This document shows, in pieces, positions 24,461 to 36,790 of a stretch of 64,000 nucleotides of DNA. The notes beneath the pieces are model-generated. The model saw only the letters and a list, made by a program, of their open reading frames with translations. It had not been told where the DNA came from and searched no databases. The translations under genes and the position numbers were made by a program. The stretch comes from Octopus sinensis (taxonomy: Eukaryota). Where the stretch lies: contig NC_043004.1 of the NCBI RefSeq assembly GCF_006345805.1, positions 69,378,001 to 69,442,000 of the forward strand, given 5' to 3'. Each line of letters opens with the position of its first letter. Position 1 is the stretch's first letter.

Positions 24461-24961
24461 GCTCGCTTTGCTATCGTAGTTTCGGATTGGGCCAGCCAAT
24501 GCCTTGTGCGTAAATTTGATGGATGGAAACTGTGTGGAAGCTTACCTGTGTATGTATATATGTATCCATCTATACATGCTTGTATATGTGTGTGTGTGTG
24601 TGTGTGTGTTTGTTTGTTTCCACCTCCATCGCTTGATAACCGGTGCTGGTTTGTTGAACTACCATACTTCAAAAATGACTTCTGGGGTCAATTTCTTTGA
24701 CGTAAATGTTCAAAGTGGTTGCCCTAGCATGGCTACAGTCCAATGATTAAAACAATAGGTAAAAGCTATATTACGCACTCTAAAGTTTGAGCAGTAATGT
24801 ACTTACATGAAGTGAAATATATGTCCAGTCATAGAGTGACCAATGGTTTCACATCCATAAAGTGCTCAGCTTTATAGACCTCTATAAAGTTAAGCGCTTT
24901 ATGAATACGAAACCGTTGTTCACTCTTTGAATGGACATATATTTAACTTCATACAAGTGTA

Positions 24962-25280
24962 TGTGGAGGCGCAATGGCCTAGTGGTTAAGGCAACGGACT
25001 CGCGGTCGTAGGATCGCGGTTTCGATTTCTGGACCGGGCGTTGTGAGTGTTTATTGAGCGAAAACACCTAAAAGCTCCATGAGGCTCTGGTAGGAGGTGG
25101 TGGTGGTGATCCCTACTGTACTCTTTCACCACAACTTTCTCTCACTATTTCTTCTGTTGGCCTGCTCACTTAGCCAGTGGGGTGGCGTCATTGAAGGCTA
25201 AAACAATGCGAAGTGCATTGTGACCAGCGATGTGTAGCAACATCTGATGGCGTGGTCAGTCACATAATCACGTGATATAT
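24962..25280 (+). mobile_element. tRNA-derived SINE family D
   Basis: TGGCCTAGTGGTTAAGG...GGTTTCGATTTC tRNA-like head with a distinct body. A decayed relative lies at about 16400-16620. Confidence 0.75.
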
Positions 25281-25289
25281 ATACACATA

Positions 25290-25479
25290 CAGGGTTGGCC
25301 AATAAATCAAAATTCCTTAAATACTATCGGTAATTCTGTATTGACTCGAATGAAAAAGTGTGTCAGTCAAGAAGTTTGAACAATTTTCATGATGTATCAT
25401 ATTTAGCTGCTTTTCATTCAGTTGTAAAACATATATAAATAGTTTTGATTTACTGTCAAGTGACCTTTGGCCAACCCTG
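25290..25479. mobile_element. Tc1/mariner-type MITE, 190 bp
   Basis: TA|CAGGGTTGGCCAA...TTGGCCAACCCTG|TA, i.e. perfect 13-bp TIRs with TA on both sides. Confidence 0.9.
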
Positions 25480-25489
25480 TATATATAGT

Positions 25490-25850
25490 AGGTGCAGGCA
25501 TGGTTGTGTGATAAAAAGCTTGCTTCCACACCACTTGATTCTGGGTTCAGTCCCACTGCATGGCACCTTGGGCAAGTGTCTATCACTATAGCCTTGGGCC
25601 GACCAAAGCCTTGTGAGTGGATTAGGTTGACGGAAACTGAAAGAAGCCGGTCATGTGTATGTATATGTTTGTCCCCACCAACATCGTTTGACATTTGATG
25701 CTGGTGTTTTTGTCCCTATAACTTAGCGGTTCAGCAAAAGAGACTGATAGAATAAGTACTGGGCTTACAAAGAATAAGTCCTGGGATCAATTTGCTCGAC
25801 TAAGAGTGTGCTCCAGCATGGCTGCAGTCAAATGTCTAAAATGAATAAAA
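25490..25850 (+). mobile_element. SINE family A, older diverged copy
   Basis: Head to tail alignable by eye. Similar older copies at 24440-24755, 29875-30272(-), 35095-35378, 43440-43860(-), 44085-44460, 48480-48820(-) and 62515-62890(-). Confidence 0.8.
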
Positions 25851-26129
25851 GAATATATATATATTTTTAAAAATGTGTCAGGAAGGTAGCATCAAGTTCT
25901 GTGAGGGAATTTAGATGCTCTGTAAGGCGCTTGGTGTTAGGAAGGGCATTCTGCTGTAAAAACCCTGCTAAAACAGACTGTGAATCCTGGTGCAGTCTTC
26001 TGCCTATTCAACCCCTGTCAACCCCTGTCAAACCATCTCAACCCATGTCAGCATGAAAAACATTAAATGTTGATGATGATAGTGCTCAGTTCTGGGGCCC
26101 CTCCTTGTTCGTTGTAGCTTACTAGGCTG

Positions 26130-26300
26130 CTGTTTCAGAACCCTGTAATATATGCATTGGTTATGAAGAGTAGAGAAGGAAGTATGGCTGGTATGTCTAG
26201 CTGGGTGTGTAGTGTTTGTGTGAAAGACTGACACAGAGCACAAATGGGCTGAGAGAAAAACTAGATGTAAGAGAGTTCAACTGTGCTTGTGGTTCACAGC
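26130..26300 (+). pseudogene. Decayed RTE-type LINE fragment
   Basis: AGMSSWVCSVCVKD* followed by a frameshift to QSTNGLREKLDVREF resembles the MLRWMC.V...RQS...LREKL region of RTE ORF C-termini. Confidence 0.45.
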
Positions 26301-26990
26301 TCAAAAGAAGGGAATCTGGCTATCCTTCTGATAGAATTAGAGTAGTCTGCTTACCCCTATTATCGTTGAATTCTTAGCATTTGCTGATAAGACAAGCCTT
26401 ATAGTAAGCCTGTAAACAGCCACACCCATAATAGGCTTTTTTTTTTTCTTTCTTTATTTATTTTTTTTTTTCAACTTCAGTTTCAACCACCAGTTTGATA
26501 TCAGTGTTGCAAACTTTAGTAACAAGTTATGTGTTTTAATTCTTATTGACTTTGCTTGCAACACACACACACAACACACACATATATGCACAGTCATACG
26601 ACTCAGCTATAGAAATTTCCTATTTGTATTATGTTATATAATTCAACTAAATTCGTTTTTATTAGAAATGTTTTAAATATATAAAAGGAAATTACTGTTT
26701 ACATCTGAAGTTTAAAGTTAGTTTTCTGTATTTTTTAAGTAATTTCAAGAGAATTTTTGTTTTTTCATGGAAACGTACTTGAGAGATAGATAAGCACTTT
26801 AATTACCAATTAATTTTGATCACTATTTTTCTAGGTCATTTGTAAATGGGTTTTTTTTCTTTTTTTTTTTTTTTTTTTTCCAATTTTTTGCTTGCATAAT
26901 TTGTGAGGCACATTGTTGAAAATAGTTCTGCTGTGTATATGTATGAAGATAATGAGTGAAAGTGGAGAGAGAAAACTTGTGTGTAAAGTG

Positions 26991-27023
<33 letters not shown>

Positions 27024-27145
27024 ATATATATATGACGTAGAAAGAGGGAAAGAAAAAGAATGAAAACTTGAATGTAATATAAGTATGCTAACAGTTTGTT
27101 TAATATTCAGTTATTTTGAAATTTTTTCAGAGATTTAAACCATTA

Positions 27146-27537
27146 CTCTTTTACTTGTTTCAGTCATTTGACTGTGGCCATGCTGGAGCACCGCCTTTAG
27201 TCGAGCAAATCGACCCCGGGACTTATTCTTTGTAAGCCCAGTACTTATTCTATTGGTCTCTTTTGCCGAACCGCTAAGTGACAGGGACGTAAACACACCA
27301 GCATCGGTTGTCAAGCAATGCTAGAGGAACAAACATATACACACATACATATATATATATATATGTACATATATACGACAGGCTTCTTTCAGTTTCCGTC
27401 TACCAAATCCACTCACAAGGCTTTGGTCGGCCTGAGGCTATAGCAGAAGACACTTGCCCAAGGTGCCACGCAGTGGGACTGAACCCAGAACCATGTGCCT
27501 GTTTAGCAAGCTACTTATCACACAGCCACTCCTGCAC
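27146..27537 (-). mobile_element. SINE family A, full length, young
   Basis: Near-consensus reverse copy. Confidence 0.92.
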
Positions 27538-28450
27538 CATTGGTTCTTAATGTGGATAGTCATACTCCCATAGTGGTGTTGTGAGCTCACAAAGAGGCAA
27601 CAAATGTCAAGGGGGCCCAGGATATTTAAAAGGGGTCATCATCATTAACATTTAACATCCATTTTCCATGTTGGCATGGGTTGGATGGCCAGGGACCACA
27701 CCACGTTCCTTGATCTGTTTTGGGTTGGTTTCTTTGGCTGGATGCCCTTCCCAATGCCAACCACTTGGTAGAAATATATTTAAACCAGATAAAATACTGA
27801 TTTTAAACATTTTCCCCAAAAATATCTTTGTCAGTATTAAAATACGTCTGGGACATTGTGTTGTTGCCATTGAGCAAAATCATGGTCAATGATGCATCCA
27901 GTCAAATATAATTTCATTATATTAAGTCCTGGATGGGATAATATAAGAAAACCTGGATAGTAAACCGCTGTTCAAAATTGTAAAATCAGCCTCTGTTTTT
28001 TCTGTCATATGTACTCTCTGTAAGTTGGACCTATTAAAATAAATATATATTTATACTTAAAAGTTCATCAGCTGAAAGTTTCCCTTTTGCCTTATCTTGT
28101 TTTGCACATATGTGTGTGTAAATACGCCAGCTAAACTTGTTGTACTGTTTATTAGTCATAAGACTCCCGCTGTTTTTATCATTATTGTTTTTTGTATTTA
28201 TATTCGTGTGGCATCGTCCGTTTTTCTGTCCCTGTTTCGTATACATTCGATCCTTCTTCCAAGAAATCTAATGCTCGTAGCTTAGTTTTTCCTTGGGGCT
28301 GGCCAGATCGGAGCGATCTCAAAATTAATCAGCGAAATTGCTAGGATGATCCGGTTCTTGACTGAAGATTGAAGGCTTCGAATGACCCGTCCGTGTTTTT
28401 TGTATCGTCTTCTAAATGTTTTACCATCTTGTCCCAGTTTGTATTTTTCC

Positions 28451-28479
<29 letters not shown>

Positions 28480-28490
<11 letters not shown>

Positions 28491-28888
28491 TTTAGTATTT
28501 CATACCCAAAGTATTATATTTAATATATAATTTGCTTATCCACATAATTGCCTCTATATCTGCTCAGCTTGATCTTTCTTGTAATTGTTCTTTACCTTGC
28601 AGAATCAATTCCCTGTAAAGATATTGGAGTCTAAGTTGGAATTTTTTGAGTTCTATTGTTTTCTACACTGAGAATCTCCCAATCTAATCTGTGGACTGTG
28701 TATATATATGTTGGACCATTGAGCTCTGCACAGTTTTTCTCTCTCCATTTTTTCCTAGTAGTCCTTCCTGTTGAAGAGCATAGGCTTGGAACGTAAAAGA
28801 CTGTCCCATTTTTCTCAAGCATTAGATTAATAAACCTGCTTGTTGTTCCTACACCTGTCTTTGTCTTTTGTTTTCTGTAAATTTGAAC

Positions 28889-28890
<2 letters not shown>
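28480..28890 (+). mobile_element. Decayed HHR-bearing repeat (Penelope-like terminal repeat remnant)
   Basis: AGTCCTTC-CTGTTGA-A-GAGC-ATAG-GCTT-GGAACGTA-AAAGACT at about 28760-28802 is a degenerate minimal HHR. TA repeats flank both sides. Confidence 0.5.
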
Positions 28891-28928
<38 letters not shown>

Positions 28929-28993
28929 AGAATTTTTTGCGTAATGAGATAAATAAACCAAGGCTGTGTTGATATTAGAAGATTTTTAGATAG

Positions 28994-29045
28994 GTCTTAC
29001 AGCTGTTTCCAGGATATTTATTAATTATATCCCTTCATCAGAGAC
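28994..29045 (-). ncRNA. Minimal type I hammerhead ribozyme motif with intact core, inside a repeat at about 28930-29150
   Basis: Minus strand: GTCT-CTGATGA-AGGGATAT-(9 nt)-ATATCCTG-GAAACAGCTGTA-AGAC. Helix I is GUCU/AGAC, helix II is about 7 bp, helix III is the palindrome ACAGCUGU, and the cleavage triplet is GUA. Confidence 0.7.
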
Positions 29046-30086
29046 AGTGTGAGAGGATGGTTAAGTAATAGTTAATTTAGATAGGATACAAAATAGAGAG
29101 TGAGGTGGTGGAAAGAAAATAGATGTAAGATATGTAGGGATATTGTGTGTAAATATATATACATATATATTATATATATATATATGTATATATACATATA
29201 TATATATGTGTGTGTATACAGGCTTTTACTTTTAAGGCTTTGTTCATCATGGGTAGAAGACATTGGCCAAGGTGCCATATATTGGTCCTATGGAGCGGTT
29301 GTGCAAACCTGGCTTGAAGACATACCACTGAATATTTTCATTTGATGCACTGGTTTAGGCGAATGCTACCTAATTAGCTGTAGCACCAAATGCCTTAATC
29401 ATGTGAAAATCTTGTGCTGAGTTGCCAGCTCTGTTTAATAAATCCAGACTAATGAAACTTGTAATTGCCCATCTCATTTAACAGATCAAACAAAACAATA
29501 TAGTATATGCAACACAGCCAGATTGCCAAACAGTACCTCCCACTCATTAAAGGGTTTAGCTGTGGATTTCAAACCTAGAAACAGATGTCTTTGCATTCAG
29601 TTGGCTGACTCTTTGATTTCAGTTTACTTAAGCAGAACTAAGTTTGATTAATTGATAATATTATAACACCTTCTGTGACTGGTTCTATTATAATTTTGCT
29701 TGAGTAGTCTTAGAATTGCATTTGTTATATTAATATATGATAGATAAATAAATAAGAAGTAGAATTGGGGAAAGCAAGTGGTAGTTTCTGTCAGTGAATC
29801 TCATTTAGCAAAGTTTGTGAAGCAGAAGAGAAAGAAAAAAGAGAATCTCTTGAAGCCAAGCCAAGTCTTTTATCTTTTCTTATTATTTTTCACCTGTTTC
29901 AGTCAGTGATCTACAGCCATGCTGGAGCAACACCTCGATGGATTTTTTTAGTCAAACAAATTGTCCATAGTTCTTATTTCTGCTTTTAAGGTTGGGACTT
30001 ATTCTGTTGGTCCTTGTTGTTGAAATGCTAGGTTATGAGGATATAAACAAACCAACACTGGCTATCAAGCACTAGTGCTAGGGGGA

Positions 30087-30119
<33 letters not shown>

Positions 30120-30322
30120 CAGACTTCCACTTAGTTTCTGTCTACCAAATTCATTTACAAGGCACTGGCTGACCTGAAGCTGTCGTAGAAGACACTTGCC
30201 CAAGGTGCTGTGAAGTTGGACTGAACCCAACCCCACATGGTTGCAAAGCAAGCTTCTTAACCACATGCCTATTTTTAAGAGAGAAATGTTTTTAAATAGT
30301 TTAAGGAGTAATGTAGACTAAC

Positions 30323-30369
<47 letters not shown>

Positions 30370-30504
30370 ACACTGCCGGATTGAATGGTACTGCTCAGGT
30401 ATTGAAACCATAATGATGCCTGTGGGGCAGCTGATGATGGAGGTATGTTGGATTGTTGGTATGGGTGTTTTTGCATATGTGGAATAGTATTATAACACAT
30501 CCTT

Positions 30505-30544
<40 letters not shown>

Positions 30545-31598
30545 ATGGTGGGGGAGGTTAGTCCACATTACTCTGTAAGGAGCATAGGGCTGGTTTCCCA
30601 GGCTTGCACATCCTTCCCTGGGTGGGACACCAGTCCATCGTAGGATTATTTACTTTTACCAGCTGAGTGGGCTGGAGCAGTGTGAAATGAGGTGTTTTGC
30701 TCAAGAACACACAGCTTTGCCTGATCCAGAAATTGAAACCACAACCTTATGAGTCCACTAAGCCACATGCCTCCACATATATGAGTGAATGAGTGTGTGA
30801 GAGGGAGAGAGAGAGAGAGGGAGAGAGAAATGGTCCAGCTGAGCAGGGAAATACAGTGGAAGCTTTGCTAACATGGACCTCAAACATTTTGTGGGTGCAT
30901 TGACGAGACCTGTTTTTGTAAACCAAGCAGAATCTACAATTGATTGCTAACCTGTATCATCACAGATCAATCTGTCATAAGCATAACACGATTCCAGGAT
31001 CAGTGACGAATGAAACAGTCCTGAACAAGGCTAGATGTATTTTTAAAAATTCAAGGCCCATGTTGGGGTGATGCTGCAAACCCTCCAATCATGAATTCTT
31101 GTTAGTTTTCTCTCGCTAATTAGTTTTGAGTAAATTACAGCTAAATCTCAAATCCTCCAAAAGCTGGTGACAGTGTATGTTGGCAACATGTAGTTTACGT
31201 TTAGTCCACTTCTTAGCCCCTTGTGGACAATAAAGAAATAAACATTTAGTCCACAGGTGGTGTTCATAAGGGTCTGTGGACTGAAAAATTTTATGTTGTG
31301 GGTAATTGTCCATCATCTGAAAGTGAGGAAAAAAAGGAATAAAAGTGATGTTGTTTACTTGTTCAAAGCCCATGCAACGACTCTGCTTACTCTTCGATTC
31401 TTCACTGAGAACATTGGCAGGCAAAAAAAAAAAATTGAGTGCTTTCAAATAAAATGGCCTTGTGTGTTGTTTGTTCCACCCACATTACTCATAAAAATCC
31501 ATACCTCCCTTGCAATCAAATATGCAGTGAACCAGTGATGATTGACCTGTAAGGAAACTGTAACTGACAGTGCTGTTTACCAAGTGGAAAATTGATTT

Positions 31599-31634
<36 letters not shown>

Positions 31635-31692
31635 TACATACATATATATATAATATATATATATATACATATACACACACATACATACATAC

Positions 31693-31724
<32 letters not shown>

Positions 31725-31789
31725 CACACACATACATATATATATATACACATGCATACATAAGTGACCGCATGTGTACCATTGGCGAT

Positions 31790-31960
31790 TTTTTTTTTCC
31801 CTCTGTCTTCCCTTCTCTGGATCTTTCCTTCTATGTTTCCGACGAAGAGCTCCGCTCAAAACGTTAAACCCTCCTTCTTTCCTGAGCGTCCAATAATACT
31901 ATATTTGTTCCACGTCCTCACATTGTTGTTTCTTTGTGTGCTTTCTTGTTTGGATTAACC
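31790..31960 (+). mobile_element. HHR-bearing repeat remnant within a microsatellite field
   Basis: GTTT-CCGACGA-A-GAGC-TCC-GCTC-AAAACGTT-AAAC (31835-31869). Helices I and II pair perfectly; the core has U4C and G12A changes. Confidence 0.65.
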
Positions 31961-32880
31961 ATATGTATATATATATATATATATGTGTATATATATGTGT
32001 ATATATATGTGTATATATATGTGTATATATATTGTATATATATATGTATTATATATGTATATATATATGTTATATATATATGTATATATAATGTATATAT
32101 ATGTATATATATGTATATATATATGTATATATATGTATATATATATGTATATATAGTATATATATATGTATATATATGTATATATATATGTATAATATAT
32201 GTATATATATATGTATATATATATGTATGTATGTATATATGTATGTATATATATATATATGTATATATATTGTATATATATATGTATGTATGTATATATG
32301 TGTATATATATGTATATATGTATGTATATAGTATGTATATATGTATATGTATATGTGTATATGTGTATATGTGTGTGTATATATGTGTGTGTGTATGTAT
32401 ATGTGTATATATATGCATATGTGTATATATGTGTATATATATGTATGTGTGTGTATATATATGTATGTGTGTGTATATGTATGTGTGTGTGTATATGTAT
32501 GTGTGTGTGTATATGTATGTGTGTGTGTATATGTATGTGTGTATGTATATGTATGTATGTATGTATATGTATGTATGTATATGTATGTATGTATGTATGT
32601 ATATGTATGTGTATGTATGTATGTGTATGTATGTATATATATATATAGGTGTATATATATATATATAGGTGTATATATATATATATATAGGTGTATATAT
32701 ATATATATATAGGTGTATATATATATATATAGGTGTATATATATATATATATAGGTGTATATATATATATATAGGTGTATATATATATATATATAGGTGT
32801 ATATATATATATATAGGTGTATATATATATAGGTATGTATATATATATATAGGTATGTATATATATATATGTATATATAA
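31960..32880. repeat. About 0.9-kb compound RY microsatellite: TA/TATG/TGTA grading into (TA)nGGTG units
   Basis: Direct reading; source of the long IY/HT/CV ORFs. Confidence 0.95.
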
Positions 32881-33575
32881 TATACAGTGGTTTCAAATTA
32901 AGAATCTCGTTAATTTTATTTTCTATTGTTTATCTAAACTCTACAGATACTATGGAATTCCTGAAATATATCCAGCAGCTTACAGAGAGAGAGAGGGTAT
33001 AAAGGACAGTTATAATTGATTTTATTGTATGGTGTAGGAGTCAATGTTAATATGCTCTGTTTGAGTAAATTACTTAGTATTAATTAGCCCACCTAGTCAA
33101 CAGTTTGATTTTGATGAACATTATTATAGTTGATCAATCCAAACATAATTAGTTACAGATAAATGTATTTTGTAAACTTTCTTTATGGCTACGTACAAAA
33201 AATTACACCCACAGGCACCCAATTATAAAACAATAAAAATAAAAAATTTAAACAGACAATTTTTTTAATAACATTTTGGAATTCTTAATCAACAAAACTT
33301 TTTAATTATGAATTTGTCTATGCTGTAGGACGAGTAAAATAGTTCATTATTTCCTCCCCCACTTTCTCTTTTTTATTTTTCAAAGTTCTATAAATTTGAA
33401 CACAATTTAGATCATCTCTGCTTGTCTGTCTATAAAAAAAAGAACTTAATTTTGGGAGCTAAGTATAAACTATATAGGAGATCTCTGGTGGTCCTGTATT
33501 ATTGACTTGTTTCTATTGTTAATTATGCAAATTATATCAACCAACAATTATTTGTTAATTTTTTTTTTCTTTAGG

Positions 33576-33635
33576 TGTGAAAATAATTTGCAGGTTTGGT
33601 TAGGCTCTGCTGTGCTGATGAGGTTTAAGAGATAG
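33576..33635 (+). other. Exon-like 60-nt segment (CENNLQVWLGSAVLMRFKR*) with a diverged duplicate at 34318-34377
   Basis: Strong acceptor TTTTTTTTTCTTTAG| directly upstream. The duplicate keeps the frame and the stop codon. Confidence 0.3.
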
Positions 33636-33737
33636 AAACATGTCCTTAGTTGTCCTTTGATTCCAAACAAAGATCCACCTGATCTTTCTCTAAGCTCGTA
33701 AATTAACTTGAGAAATTAGTATAACTTTTATCCTTTA

Positions 33738-34117
33738 CAGTTCTATATTTAAGAGATGAGGAATTGTGTACATTATCTATATCATTTACATTTGACGGAT
33801 ATTTGTCCTCATCTTGTTTGTTGTTAACACAATGTTTTGGTTGATATACCCTCCAGCTTTCATCAGGTGTCTTGGGGAAATTTTGAACCTGGGTTCTCAT
33901 TCCTAAGGCATTTTTCGATATTATTATTCTTCAGGTCACTGCTTGGAATCAAACTCGGAATCTTGGAGTTTGTAGCCCGCGCTGTTAACCACTATGCCAT
34001 GGATATATGGCATAGTGATTAGGAGTGCAGGCTACAAACCCCAAGATCCTGAGTTCGATTCCAAGCAGTGACCTGAAGAATAATAATAATATCGAAAAAT
34101 ACCTTAGGAATGAGAAC
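33738..34117. mobile_element. Head-to-head palindrome of a tRNA-headed element whose tail carries an HHR motif
   Basis: Centre ATGCCAT-GGATAT-ATGGCAT. Each arm starts with A box TGGCATAGTG and B box GAGTTCGATTCC. The left arm (minus) has GACAC-CTGATGA...AAAACATT-GTGTT at 33826-33871. The right arm is cut off by a SINE A fragment (34140-34312). Confidence 0.75.
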
Positions 34118-35499
34118 AGACATTTAAACAATGATGATGATGAGAGAGGCACACACACACATATGATAGGTGTCTTTCAGTTTGTTTCTGACAAATTCAC
34201 TCACAAAACTTTGATTGACCAGAGGCTATAGTAGAAGACACTTGCCAAGGTGCCACGCAGTGGGACTGAACTCAGAACCATGTGGTTGGGAAACAAACTT
34301 CTTATTACACAGTAATGTGTAAAAACGATTTGCAAGTATGGTTAGGCTGTGCTATGCTAATGAGGTTTAATAGATAGAAACATGCTCTTGCTTGCAAACA
34401 AAAATCCAGAATTTTGTATTTTTAAAACTTATCTCCCCCTTTCATTAAGAGTTTCTTACAGTACCCACTAGGTTTATATTTGCTTTGTGTTTCCAACTTG
34501 GAGGGAAAATTTAAATTACGAATTTCATTCAACTTTTTTTTTTTATCATCATATAGCCTTCAAATCATCATATTTTAAATAAAATATATGTAACTGACAT
34601 CATATATTTGCAGCTTAGCAGTAAAGTTGTGAAAGCTAGCACTTCCCTATCAAAGAATTAAATTTTTTTTTTTTTACCCATAAAAATAATCAATTCTGCT
34701 CATGTTTTTTACAAAAGTAAAGACACATTCATCTTCAACGTGTAATCAATATGAACAATTTCCTGTAAGATTAAGATGCCTGCCATTTGAAACTAGAGTT
34801 CTGCACTTAGTGAGGTAGAAAAACTGATGTTTTTTTCTTTTGTTTTGGTTTTTGTCTTTTCTCACAGATCATTCTGCTGCCACCATAAAATATATTTTTA
34901 GATTTGCAGTTATAAAATCCAATTCTGTATCTTTTTCTCGTCTTGTTTCATCGATTCCTTTTCTCATTCTCTTTCTTCTTTTTTTTTGTAGATTTCATTT
35001 AAAATAGGGATATCATGGAGATGGGGGATCAATTAATTTGCAAGTTTAAAAAAAAAGATAAATAAATCCACTGTGTGACACTTTTGACAAGTTGTTTTCT
35101 TACTGAGCTGATTCGGAAGATGGAAACTGAAAGAAGCCCATCATATATACATGTACATACATAGCTGTGTGCATGTCTTTGTGTTTATTGCCATCCACTC
35201 TTGACAACAGTCGTGGTTTGTTTTGTCTTTATGACTTAGTGGTTTGGCAAAAGATACCAATAGTACCGGACTTTAAAAAGAAAAAGTTAGTACTGGGCTA
35301 AATTCATTTGACTAACAAACCTTCAAGGTGCTGCCCCAGCATGGCTGCAGTTGAGTAATTGAAACAAAAGATAATATAAAATGTCTGAATTTTGAAGAAT
35401 TTTGGAGGAAAATTGTGGAGCTATCTTTGGCAACATTCATCTTTTGGTGAAAGTTTTCTAAAATATGGTTTCTGATTTAAGTTGTCTGTTTAGTCAAAG

Positions 35500-35720
35500 G
35501 TCCGTCTTGGTTCTGCAGATCATATATAATCAAAGGCTTTCCAGCTACGGTCGTTTCATCTTGGTGTGTATTCAGAACTGCACTGCTCATTGCAGCCGTC
35601 CATCCTTCTGTTAAGAAGGCATGGTGTGGTTTCAAGGAATCTGGACCATGGCTTCAGTTGCCAGACAGAGCAGTGTCTTGTGTTCTTCATTTCACGTTGG
35701 TTCTCTTTACTCAACAGTAA
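35500..35720 (-). pseudogene. Decayed RTE-type LINE fragment
   Basis: Minus strand LLNRRMDGC, then frameshifted MSSAVLN, parallels LERRLDGTYTRLL of the 3451 element. Confidence 0.5.
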
Positions 35721-36746
35721 ATGAGTCACAGTGTGACAAACTGGTTTCCTATCCAGGGGACATAATGTGACCTCAGTCACTTAAATGCCTTGGAAACCAC
35801 ATAACCAACCCTGCAAGTCCTACAGCTTGACTCAGTACAGTACATCAGATATCTGCAACAGAAGCAGTAAATTGTGTGAAGGTCCACATAGTCGGTAACC
35901 TGTGTTATCTGGTTATGGGGTTTGTGAATTTAGTGATGGTGGTGATGTTGTATGGGATGAGACAAACCGTTCTGACTTGAAAGGAATACAGAATTGGTCG
36001 AAGTATCTGATATTGGCTTAATATAGAATATCAATATTTTGATTTTAGTTTCAATATTGTAAGCAGTTATTCTAATTATATCTTGGCTGAATTATAGCTA
36101 AAATTATAATTATGGTGAAAATTTTAAAAGAAATTTTTTGTGTGTGTGTTTTTTATTCATGTCTGGTGGACAGTAATATTTGTTGGCTTCAGTTTTTCCA
36201 AGGGGTCTGTCACTACTTGGCTGTGTTTCTGATGATGCAGGTGACAATGGAGCATCTGCAACTTACTGGACCTGAGGTGCAGTAGTGGTTATGTGGTTAA
36301 GAAGCTTGCTTCCTGACCATGTGGTCTTGGGTTCAGTCCCACTCTATGGCACCTTGGGCAACTGTCTTCGACTTATAGCCCCTGGGCCAATCAAGAGCCT
36401 CATTAGTGGATTTAGTAGAAAGAAACTGGGTGAAAGCCAGTTGTGTGTGTGTGTATCATCATCATCCGTTTTCCATGCTGGCATGGGTTGGACAGTTCGA
36501 CTGAGGTCTGGGAAGCCAGGAAGCTGCACCAGGCTCCAGTCTGATCTGGCAATGTTTCTACAGCTCGATGCCTTTTCTAACGCCAACCACTCCGAGAGTA
36601 GTGTAGTGGGTGCTTTTTACGTGCCACCAGCACAAGAACCAGTCGGGCGGACCTGGCAGTGATCATGTTCAGATAGTGCTTTTTACGTGCAACCAGCACG
36701 GGAGTCAGTCAGGGGACACCGGCATCGGCCACATTTGGGGGGTTCT

Positions 36747-36790
<44 letters not shown>

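Noticed and set aside
28170-28455. CpG-rich repeat with CTGAAGA and a 13-14-bp inverted pair, as another hammerhead
   Set aside because: No GAAA core half or helix I pairing could be assigned; left as an unclassified repeat.
31116-31448. YCPQGAKKWTKRK as a piggyBac transposase remnant
   Set aside because: Only a KW-K-like word matches; the YN..MGGVD motif is absent.
31485-33019. Long ORFs of 110-313 aa rich in IY/HT/CV
   Set aside because: Translations of TA/TG microsatellites; the same applies at 11.7-12.1, 18.2-18.5, 23.3-23.7 and 53.5 kb.
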